64,000 nucleotides of DNA from Hemiscyllium ocellatum (taxonomy: Eukaryota): assembly GCF_020745735.1 (NCBI RefSeq), contig NC_083440.1, positions 27,423,278-27,487,277 of the forward strand, read 5' to 3'. The position numbers were made by a program, and so were the translations under genes. Of the stretch, positions 37,330-50,900 are shown piece after piece (position 1 is the stretch's first letter; each line of letters opens with the position of its first letter). The notes below the pieces were generated by a model. It made no database searches, was not told the origin of the DNA, and was given only the letters and a program-made list of their open reading frames with translations.

Positions 37330-38487
37330 TGTTATAAGTGATTTCTGTATAGCCTTTCTGAATCTCCGGAGAATAGTTCCTGACACTTGGTTAACTATTC
37401 TAACTCTAGGGATCTGATTCAGAACAACCGGGTCCTGCCTCCGAACTCTGCCAACCCCGGACTGTCCTTTAACCCTTGTATCAAGGGAGACTGTCCGCAA
37501 GGTTAAGTTCAAAAAGGCGAACTCCAAGTTGACTGGTATCAGTCCTTATCCCCACCGGCTATCACTTCTCCCGTGGCAAATCGAAATACTGCGAGACACA
37601 CACAAACGGAGCAACAGATGTTTATTCAATCTTTGAAGATTGGGCGAGTTTCCAAAAAAGACTTCAGAAATTGCAACGGGAGATTTTACAGCACTAATCC
37701 ATATACATTATTTTTCCCTTCAAATGCATTGGTGATAATTTCATTGGTTTAAACATCTCACGCTATGGATTTTCTTACATTAAAAATCATTAATGACAAT
37801 TCCATTGGTTAAAGCATTTCACGCTTTTCTCTGCCAATTTCTTTAATTAAAATGTTATATTATTTTACAATTTCTGCTATTTGGTACATTCCCTTATCTT
37901 CATGTTCTACTAGTTATAACATTTATTGATTTTTGTGTATGTCATGAAAAGAGCTTTCATTGTATTTTGGCCTCTGTGTCTAACTGAAGCATTCCTTGGT
38001 TTCTTGCCCAAGGTTACCATGTTCCTGGCTTTACAGAGGTGACTTACAGTTCATGCTTCTTTATGGCCTTAGTAAATTATTAGTCTTACAATTTCAACTT
38101 TTATTCATTAAATTTCTGTTTTAGTATAGAAATTNNNNNNNNNNNNNNNNNNNNNNNNNNNNNNNNNNNNNNNNNNNNNNNNNNNNNNNNNNNNNNNNNN
38201 NNNNNNNNNNNNNNNNNNNNNNNNNNNNNNNNNNNNNNNNNNNNNNNNNNNNNNNNNNNNNNNNNNNNNNNNNATGTGTGTGTGTGTGAAGGTAGTGTGG
38301 GTCTAGTGTGTATATGTGTGTGGGTCTTAGTGTGTCTTTGTATGNNNNNNNNNNNNNNNNNNNNNNNNNNNNNNNNNNNNNNNNNNNNNNNNNNNNNNNN
38401 NNNNNNNNNNNNNNNNNNNNNNNNNNNNNNNNNNNNNNNNNNNNNNNNNNNNNNNNNNNNNNNNNNNNNNNNNNNNNNACCATATCA
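37330..38487 (-). repeat. ERV 5' LTR
   Basis: Same termini as the 3' LTR; a few percent substitutions and a ~10-bp indel near 37880. Two N blocks in the TG-rich U3. Confidence 0.93.
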
Positions 38488-38725
38488 AGATCAGGGATGT
38501 TTATAAGATTTGCTTGTGGTTCATCTGTGTTCTGATAACAGTTGGTAATAAATTTTTAATTTGTGTTTAAGTTATAAACTTGGTGTCCATGATCTGTTTT
38601 TTTTTTGGAAATTCCGGTGAGGAACAATTGAACGGCTGAATCCAGTGATGGGGAGGCTGATTGGGTTTGGCTTGTCTGCCCGGTGTCAGAAGTGGACTCT
38701 GTCGGGTAATGCCTGGATCTTCGGA

Positions 38726-38954
38726 GACTGGAACACAAGGCACTGTTGGAAGTCCAACGACACCAGGTTATAGTCCAACAGGTTCATTTGGAATCAGAAA
38801 CTTTCTCAGCAATCCTCCTTTGTCAGATGAAGTCAAGAAAGGGGGCAGTGCTCCAAAAGCTAGTGCTTCCGACTAAACCCATGTGACTATAACCTGGTGT
38901 CATGTGACTTCTGACCTTGTCCATCCCAGTCCAACTCTGGCACCTCCACATCAT
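38726..38954. mobile_element. Short inverted-repeat element, probably paired Penelope-type termini with decayed hammerhead cores
   Basis: Perfect 17-bp inverted repeat GACACCAGGTTATAGTC (38759-38775 / 38885-38901) with further imperfect pairing. Family assignment is from recall. Confidence 0.65.
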
Positions 38955-41900
38955 GACAAACACTGTAATCATGGACGCAGAAACTATGGATACGGTAACT
39001 ATCGACACGATAATTACGGACACGGTAACTATGGACACAGTAACTATGGACATGGTAACAATGGGCACAGTAATTACGGACACGATAACTATGAACACGG
39101 TAACTATGGACACGGTAACTATGGACATGATAACTATGGACACGATAACTATGGACACGGTAACTACGGACATGATAACTATGGACACGATAATTATGGA
39201 CACAGCAACTATGGACATGATAATTATGGACATGGTAACTATGATCATGGTAACTATGGACACGGTAATTATGGACACAGCAACTATGGACATGATAATT
39301 ATGGACATGGTAACTATGATCATGGTAACTATGGACACGGTAATTATGGATACGGTAACTATGGACATGGTAACTATGGACACGGTAACTAAGGACACAG
39401 AAACAATGGAGAGGGTAACTATGGACATGAAAGTTATGGACACAGTAGCTATGGACACGGTAACTATGGACACAACAATTCTGAACATGGTAACTATTGA
39501 CACGGTAATTATTGACACGCTAATTATGGAGACGGTAACTATCGACATGGTAACTATGGAGTAGGTAACTATGGAGATGATAATTATGGACACATCAACT
39601 GTAGACAGGATAATTATGGACATGGTAACTATGGACACGGTAAATATGGAAATGGTAATTATGATCACGGTAACGATGGACATGGTAACTATGGACACGG
39701 TAACTAAGGACACAGAAACAATGGACAGGGTAACTATGGACACGATAATTGTGGATGCGGTAACTATGGACACAGTAACTATGGGGCCGGTAGCTTATGG
39801 ACATGGTAACTATGGACATAACAATTCTGAACACAGTAACTATGGACACGGTAACTATACACATGGTAACTATAAACACGACAATTCTGAACACGGTAAC
39901 TGTGGACATGAAAGTTATGGACACGGTAACTATGGACACAGTAACTATGGATACGGTAACTGTGGACATGATAATAATGGACACGGTAACTATGGACAGG
40001 GTAACTATAGACACAGTAACTATGGACATGATAACTATGGACACGGGAGCTTTTGACACAGTAACTATGGAGCCGGAAGTTATGGACACGGTAACTATGG
40101 ACACGGTAATTATGTACACGGACACTATTGACACAGTATCTATGGAGCCGGAAGCTATGGACACGGTAACTATGGACACGGTAACTAAGGACACAGTAAT
40201 TATGCACATGGTAACTATGAACATGACAATTCTGAACACGGTAACTATGGACACGGTAACGATGGATACAGTACCTATAGACATGGTAACTATGGATATG
40301 GAAACTATCAACAAGGTAACTATGGATACGGTAATTATGCTGATGGTAACTATGGACACAGTAACTATGGATACAGTAACTATGGACATGGCAACTATGG
40401 ACAAAATAATGGACATGGTAATTATGGATACGGTAAATATGAACACGGTAACTATGGATACGTTAATTATGGACAGGGTAACTATGGACATGATAATTAT
40501 GGATACGGTAAGTATGGATACAATAATTAGGGACATGGCAATTATGGACATAGTAACTATGGATTCGGTAAATATGGACATGGTAACTAAGGACAAGGTA
40601 ACTATGGACACGATAACCATGGACACAGTAACTATTGACACGGTAAGTATGGACAGGGTAACTATGGACACAGTAACTATGGACATAGTAACTATGGACA
40701 CGGTAACTATGGACACGGTAACAATGGACATGATAACCATGCACACGATTACTATGGACATGGCAAATATGGACACAGCAAATATGGACACGGTAACTAT
40801 GGACACGGTAACTATGGAAACGGTAACTATGGACACGGTAACAATGGACATGATAACCATGCACACAATTACTATGGACACGGCTAATATGCACACGGCA
40901 AATATGGACATGGTAACTTGGTCACAGTAAATATGGACACGATAACCATGGACGCGGTAACTATTGACACAGTAACTATGGACACGATAACCATGCACAC
41001 GGTAACCATGGACATGGTAACTATGGACACGGTAACTATGGACTCAGTAAATATGGACACGGTAACTACGGTCACGATAATTACGGATGCGATAATTATG
41101 TCCACGGTAAATCTGGACATGGTAATCATGGACATGGTAACTATGGATGCGGTAACTATGGACACAATAACTATGGGCACGGTAAATATGGGTACGGTAA
41201 CAATGGATACAATAATTATGGACACAGTAACTATGGACACAGTAACAATGGATTCAGTAACTATGGATATGGTAACTAAGGACAAGGTAACTATGGACAC
41301 AATAACCATGGACACGGTAATTATGGACACGATAATTATGGACACGGTAACTATGGACACGGTAACTATGGACATGCTAACTATGGACACAGTAACTGTG
41401 GACATGATAAACATGCACACGATTACTATGGACACGGTAACTATGGTCACGATAATTACAGATGCGATAATTAAGTACACGGTAATTATGGACATGGTAA
41501 TCATGGCCATGTTAACTATGGATGCGGTATCTATGGACACAGTAACTGTGGGCACGGTAACTATTGCTACGGTAACTATGGGCACAGTAACTATGACTAC
41601 GGTAACTATGGATACAATAATTATGGACATGGTAACTATGGACACAGTAACAATGGATTCAGTAACTACGGACATGGTAACTAAGGACAAGGTAACTATG
41701 GACACAATAACCATGGACACGGTAATTATGGACACGATAATTATGGACACGCTAACTATGGACACGGTAACTATGGACATGATAAACATGCACACGATTA
41801 CTATGGACACGGTAACTATGGTCACGATAATTACAGATGCGATAATTAAGTACACGGTAATTATGGACATGGTAATCATGGCCATGTTAACTATGGATGC

Positions 41901-44900
41901 GGTATCTATTGACACAGTAACTGTGGGCACGGTAACTATTGCTACGGTAACTATGGGCACAGTAACTATGACTACGGTAACTATGGATACAATAATTATG
42001 GACATGGTAACTATGGACACAGTAACAATGGATTCAGTAACTACGGACATGGTAACTAAGGACAAGGTAACTATGGACACAGTAACCATGGACACGGTAA
42101 TTATGGACACGATAATTATGGAAACGGTAACTATGGACACGGTATTTATGGACATGCTAACTATGGACACAGTAACTATGGACACGGTAACTATGGACAT
42201 GATAAACATGCACACGATTACTATGGACATGGTAACTATGGACACAGTAAATATGGACAAGATAACTATGGACACGGTAACTATGGACATAGTAACTATG
42301 GACATGGTAACTGTGGACATGGTAACTATGGACACGGTAACTATGGACATGCTAACTATGGACATGGTAACTATGGACACTGTAACTATGGACATGCTAA
42401 CTATGGACATGATAAACATGCTCACGATAACCATGTACATGATAACTATGGAGATGGTAAATATTGAGCCGGTAGCTATGGACACAGTAACTATGGACAC
42501 GGCAAATATGGACACGATAACTATCGACATGCTAACTATGGACATGATAATCATGCACACGCTAACTATGGACATGCTAACTATGGACACCGTAACTATG
42601 GGCATGCTAACTATAGACACAGTAACCAAGGACATGGTAACTATGGACATGGTAACTATGGACACAGTAACTATGGACATGCTAAATATGGACACAATAA
42701 TTATGGACACGGTAACTATGGATACAGTAAGTATGGATACAGTAAGAATGGGCAGGATAACTATGGACATGGTAACTATGGACACGGTAACTATGGACAT
42801 GATAAACATGCACACGATTACTATGGACACAGTAACTAAGGACATGCTAACTATGGACATGATAAACATGCACACGATAACCATGTACATGATAACTATG
42901 GACATGGTAAATATGGAGCCGGTAGCTATGGACACAGCAACTATGGACATGCTAACTATGGACACGGCTAATATGGACACGATAACTATGGACATGCTAA
43001 CTATGGACACGGCTAATATGGACACGATAACCATGGACATGCTAACTATGGACACGATAAACATGTACACAATTACTATGGATACAGTAACTATGGACAC
43101 GGTAACTATGGACATGGTAACTATGGACACAGTAACTATGGACACGATAACCATGCACACGCTAACATTGGACATGCTAACTATGGACACAGTAACTATG
43201 GACACGATAACTATGGACATGATAAACATGCACACGATTACTATGGACACGGTAACTATGGTCCCCATAATTACGTACATGGTAATTATGGACTTGGTAA
43301 TCATGGACATGGTAACTATGGATGCGGTAACTATGGGTACAGTAACTATGGACATGGTAACTGTGGCCACGGTAAATATGGACACGATAACCATGGACGC
43401 GGTAACTATTGACACGGTAATTATGGACAGGGTAACTATGGATGCGATAAGTATGGACATGGTAACTATGGACACAGTAACTATGGACATGCTAACTATG
43501 GACATGATAAACATGCACACAATTACTATGGATACAGTAACTATGGACACGGTAACTATGGACACAGTAACTATGGACATGATAACCATGCACACGCTAA
43601 CTATGGACATGCTAACTATGGAGACAGTAACTATGGACACGGTAACTATGGACATGATAACTATGGACATGATAAACATGCACACAATTACTATGGATAC
43701 ACTAACTATGGACACGGTCACTATGGACATGATAAACATGCACATGATTACGATGGACACAGTAACTATGGACACGGTAACTATGGACATGGTAACTATG
43801 GACATGCTAACTATGGACGTGATAACTATGGACATGATAAACATGCATACAATTACTATGGATACACTAACTATGGACACGGTCACTATGGACATGATAA
43901 ACATGCACACGATTACGATCGACACAGTAACTATGGACACGGTAACTATGGACATGCTAACTATGGACGTGATAACCATGCACACACTAATTATGGACAT
44001 GCTAACTATGGACACGGTAACTATGGACATGCTAACTATGGACACAGTAACTATGGACACGGTAGCTATGGACATGATAAACATGCACACGATTACTATG
44101 GACACGGTAACGATGGACACGGTAACTATGGATATGATGAACATGCACACAATTACTATGGACACGGTAACTATGGTCACGATAATTACAGACGCGATAA
44201 TTATGTACACAGTAATTATGGACTTGGTAATCATGGACATGGTAACTATGGACACAGTAACTATGGACATGATAAACATGCACACAATTACTATGGATAC
44301 ACTAACTATGGACACGGTCACTATGGACATGATAAACATGCACATGATTACGATGGACACAGTAACTATGGACACGGTAACTATGGACATGGTAACTATG
44401 GACATGCTAACTATGGACGTGATAACCATGCACACGCTAACTATGGACATGCTAACTATGGACACGGTAACTATGGACATGCTAACTATGGACACAGTAA
44501 CTATGGACACGGTAGCTATGGACATGATAAACATGCACACGATTACTATGGACACGGTAACGATGGACACGGTAACTATGGATATAATGAACATGCACAC
44601 GATTACTATGGACACGGTAACTATGGTCACGATAATTACAGACGCGATAATTATGTACACAGTAATTATGGACTTGGTAATCATGGACATGGTAACTATG
44701 GATGCGGTAACTATGGACACGGTAACTATGGACATGCTAACTATTGACATGGTAACTATGGACATGGTAACTATGGACACGGTAACTATGGACACGGTAA
44801 CTATGGACATGATAAACACGCACACGATTACTATGGACACAGTAACTATGGACATGCTAACTATAGACATGCTAACTATGGACATGATAAACATGCACAC

Positions 44901-47900
44901 GATAACCATGTACATGATAACTATGGACATGGTAAATATGGAGCCGGTAGCTATGGACACAGCAACTATGGACATGCTAACTATGGACATGGCTAATATG
45001 GACACGATAACTATGGACATGCTAACTATGGACACGGCTAATATGGACACGATAACCATGGACATGCTAACTATGGACACGATAAACATGCACACAATTA
45101 CTATGGATACAGTAACTATGGACACGGTAACTATGGACATGGTAACTATGGACACAGTAACTATGGACACGATAACCATGCACACGCTAACATTGGACAT
45201 GCTAACTATGGACACAGTAACTATGGACACAGTAACTATGGGGCCGGTAGCTTATGGACATGGTAACTATGGACATAACAATTCTGAACACAGTAACTAT
45301 GGACACGGTAACTATACACATGGTAACTATAAACACGACAATTCTGAACACGGTAACTGTGGACATGAAAGTTATGGACACGGTAACTATGGACACAGTA
45401 ACTATGGATACGGTAACTGTGGACATGATAATAATGGACACGGTAACTATGGACAGGGTAACTATGGACACAGTAACTATGGACATGATAACTATGGACA
45501 CGGGAGCTTTTGACACAGTAACTATGGAGCCGGAAGTTATGGACACGGTAACTATGGACACGGTAATTATGTACACGGACACTATTGACACAGTATCTAT
45601 GGAGCCGGAAGCTATGGACACGGTAACTATGGACACGGTAACTAAGGACACAGTAATTATGCACATGGTAACTATGAACATGACAATTCTGAACACGGTA
45701 ACTATGGACACGGTAACGATGGATACAGTACCTATAGACATGGTAACTATGGATATGGAAACTATCAACAAGGTAACTATGGATACGGTAATTATGCTGA
45801 TGGTAACTATGGACACAGTAACTATGGATACAGTAACTATGGACATGGCAACTATGGACAAAATAATGGACATGGTAATTATGGATACGGTAAATATGAA
45901 CACGGTAACTATGGATACGTTAATTATGGACAGGGTAACTATGGACATGATAATTATGGATACGGTAAGTATGGATACAATAATTAGGGACATGGCAATT
46001 ATGGACATAGTAACTATGGATTCGGTAAATATGGACATGGTAACTAAGGACAAGGTAACTATGGACACGATAACCATGGACACAGTAACTATTGACACGG
46101 TAAGTATGGACAGGGTAACTATGGACACAGTAACTATGGACATAGTAACTATGGACACGGTAACTATGGACACGGTAACAATGGACATGATAACCATGCA
46201 CACGATTACTATGGACACGGCAAATATGGACATGGCAAATATGGACACGGTAACTATGGACACGGTAACTATGGAAACGGTAACTATGGACACTATGGAC
46301 ACAGTAACTATGGACATAGTAAGTATGGACACGGTAACTATGGACACGGTAACAATGGACATGATAACCATGCACACGATTACTATGGACATGGCAAATA
46401 TGGACACAGCAAATATGGACACGGTAACTATGGACACGGTAACTATGGAAACGGTAACTATCGACACGGTAACAATGGACATGATAACCATGCACACAAT
46501 TACTATGGACACGGCTAATATGCACACGGCAAATATGGACATGGTAACTTGGTCACAGTAAATATGGACACGATAACCATGGACGCGGTAACTATTGACA
46601 CAGTAACTATGGACACGATAACCATGCACACGGTAACCATGGACATGGTAACTATGGACACGGTAACTATGGACTCAGTAAATATGGACACGGTAACTAC
46701 GGTCACGATAATTACGGATGCGATAATTATGTCCACGGTAAATCTGGACATGGTAATCATGGACATGGTAACTATGGATGCGGTAACTATGGACACAATA
46801 ACTATGGGCACGGTAAATATGGGTACGGTAACTATGGATACAATAATTATGGACACAGTAACTATGGACACAGTAACAATGGATTCAGTAACTATGGATA
46901 TGGTAACTAAGGACAAGGTAACTATGGACACAATAATCATGGACACGGTAATTATGGACACGATAATTATGGACACGGTAACTATGGACACGGTAACTAT
47001 GGACATGCTAACTATGGACACAGTAACTGTGGTCATGATAAACATGCACACGATTACTATGGACACGGTAACTATGGTCACGATAATTACAGATGCGATA
47101 ATTAAGTACACGGTAATTATGGACATGGTAATCATGGCCATGTTAACTATGGATGCGGTATCTATGGACACAGTAACTGTGGGCACGGTAACTATTGCTA
47201 CGGTAACTATGGGCACAGTAACTATGACTACGGTAACTATGGATACAATAATTATGGACATGGTAACTATGGACACAGTAACAATGGATTCAGTAACTAC
47301 GGACATGGTAACTAAGGACAAGGTAACTATGGACACAATAACCATGGACACGGTAATTATGGACACGATAATTATGGACACGGTAACTATGGACACGGTA
47401 ACTATGGACATGATAAACATGCACACGATTACTATGGACACGGTAACTATGGTCACGATAATTACAGATGCGATAATTAAGTACACGGTAATTATGGACA
47501 TGGTAATCATGGCCATGTTAACTATGGATGCGGTATCTATTGACACAGTAACTGTGGGCACGGTAACTATTGCTACGGTAACTATGGGCACAGTAACTAT
47601 GACTACGGTAACTATGGATACAATAATTATGGACATGGTAACTATGGACACAGTAACAATGGATTCAGTAACTACGGACATGGTAACTAAGGACAAGGTA
47701 ACTATGGACACAGTAACCATGGACACGGTAATTATGGACACGATAATTATGGAAACGGTAACTATGGACACGGTATTTATGGACATGCTAACTATGGACA
47801 CAGTAACTATGGACACGGTAACTATGGACATGATAAACATGCACACGATTACTATGGACATGGTAACTATGGACACAGTAAATATGGACAAGATAACTAT

Positions 47901-50900
47901 GGACACGGTAACTATGGACATAGTAACTATGGACATGGTAACTGTGGACATGGTAACTATGGACACGGTAACTATGGACATGCTAACTATGGACATGGTA
48001 ACTATGGACACTGTAACTATGGACATGCTAACTATGGACATGATAAACATGCTCACGATAACCATGTACATGATAACTATGGAGATGGTAAATATTGAGC
48101 CGGTAGCTATGGACACAGTAACTATGGACACGGCAAATATGGACACGATAACTATCGACATGCTAACTATGGACATGATAATCATGCACACGCTAACTAT
48201 GGACATGCTAACTATGGACACCGTAACTATGGACATGCTAACTATAGACACAGTAACCAAGGACATGGTAACTATGGACATGGTAACTATGGACACAGTA
48301 ACTATGGACATGCTAACTATGGACACAATAATTATGGACACGGTAACTATGGATACAGTAAGTATGGATACAGTAAGAATGGGCAGGATAACTATGGACA
48401 TGGTAACTATGGACACGGTAACTATGGACATGATAAACATGCACACGATTACTATGGACACGGTAACTAAGGACATGCTAACTATGGACATGATAAACAT
48501 GCACACGATAACCATGTACATGATAACTATGGACATGGTAAATATGGAGCCGGTAGCTATGGACACAGCAACTATGGACATGCTAACTATGGACACGGCT
48601 AATATGGACACGATAACTATGGACATGCTAACTATGGACACGGCTAATATGGACACGATAACCATGGACATGCTAACTATGGACACGATAAACATGCACA
48701 CAATTACTATGGATACAGTAACTATGGACACGGTAACTATGGACATGGTAACTATGGACACAGTAACTATGGACACGATAACCATGCACACGCTAACACT
48801 GGACATGCTAACTATGGACACAGTAACTATGGACACGATAACTATGGACATGATAAACATGCACACGATTACTATGGACACGGTAACTATGGTCCCCATA
48901 ATTACGTACATGGTAATTATGGACTTGGTAATCATGGACATGGTAACTATGGATGCGGTAACTATGGGTACAGTAACTATGGACATGGTAACTGTGGCCA
49001 CGGTAAATATGGACACGATAACCATGGACGCGGTAACTATTGACACGGTAATTATGGACAGGGTAACTATGGATGCGATAAGTATGGACATGGTAACTAT
49101 GGACACAGTAACTATGGACATGCTAACTATGGACATGATAAACATGCACACAATTACTATGGATACAGTAACTATGGACACGGTAACTATGGACACAGTA
49201 ACTATGGACATGATAACCATGCACACGCTAACTATGGACATGCTAACTATGGAGACAGTAACTATGGACACGGTAACTATGGACATGATAACTATGGAGA
49301 CAGTAACTATGGACATGGTAACTATGGACACAGTAACTATGGACATGCTAACTATGGACATGCTAACTATGGACATGATAAACATGCATACAATTACTAT
49401 GGATACACTAACTATGGACACGGTCACTATGGACATGATAAACATGCACACGATTACGATGGACACAGTAACTATGGACACGGTAACTATGGACATGCTA
49501 ACTATGGACGTGATAACCATGCACACACTAATTATGGACATGCTAACTATGGACACGGTAACTATGGACATGCTAACTATGGACACAGTAACTATGGACA
49601 CGGTAGCTATGGACATGATAAACATGCACACGATTACTATGGACACGGTAACGATGGACACGGTAACTATGGATATGATGAACATGCACACGATTACTAT
49701 GGACACGGTAACTATGGTCACGATAATTACAGACGCGATAATTATGTACACAGTAATTATGGACTTGGTAATCATGGACATGGTAACTATGGACACAGTA
49801 ACTATGGACATGATAAACATGCACACAATTACTATGGATACACTAACTATGGACACGGTCACTATGGACATGATAAACATGCACATGATTACGATGGACA
49901 CAGTAACTATGGACACGGTAACTATGGACATGGTAACTATGGACATGCTAACTATGGACGTGATAACCATGCACACGCTAACTATGGACATGCTAACTAT
50001 GGACACGGTAACTATGGACATGCTAACTATGGACACAGTAACTATGGACACGGTAGCTATGGACATGATAAACATGCACACGATTACTATGGACACGGTA
50101 ACGATGGACACGGTAACTATGGATATAATGAACATGCACACGATTACTATGGACACGGTAACTATGGACACGGTAACTATGGTCACGATAATTACAGACG
50201 CGATAATTATGTACACAGTAATTATGGACTTGGTAATCATGGACATGGTAACTATGGATGCGGTAACTATGGACACGGTAACTATGGACATGCTAACTAT
50301 TGACATGGTAACTATGGACATGGTAACTATGGACACGGTAACTATGGACACGGTAACTATGGACATGATAAACACGCACACGATTACTATGGACACAGTA
50401 ACTATGGACATGCTAACTATAGACATGCTAACTATGGACATGATAAACATGCACACGATAACCATGTACATGATAACTATGGACATGGTAAATATGGAGC
50501 CGGTAGCTATGGACACAGTAACTATGGACACGGCAAATATGGACACGATAACTATGGACATGCTAACTATGGACATGATAAACATGCACACAATTACTAT
50601 GGATACAGTAACTATGGACACGGTAACTATGGACATGGTGACTATGGACACAGTAACTATGGACACGATAACCATGCACACGCTAACATTGGACATGCTA
50701 ACTATGGACACGGTAACTATGGACTTGGTAATCATGGAGATGGTAACTATGGATGCGGTAACTATGGACACGGTAACTATGGACACGGTAACTATGGTCA
50801 CGATAATTACAGATGCGATAATTATGTACAGGGTAATTATGGACTTGTTAATCATGGACCTGGTAACTATGGATGTGGTAACTATGGACACAGTAACTAT

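Larger units (their letters stand above)
29666..38487 (-). mobile_element. Defective class I (gamma/epsilon-related) endogenous retrovirus, LTR-gag-pol-env-LTR
   Basis: Two ~1.1-kb LTRs (TGATATGG...TTATAACA), Pro-type PBS, PPT, and gag, RT (YVDD), IN C-terminus and env in order. Confidence 0.96.
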
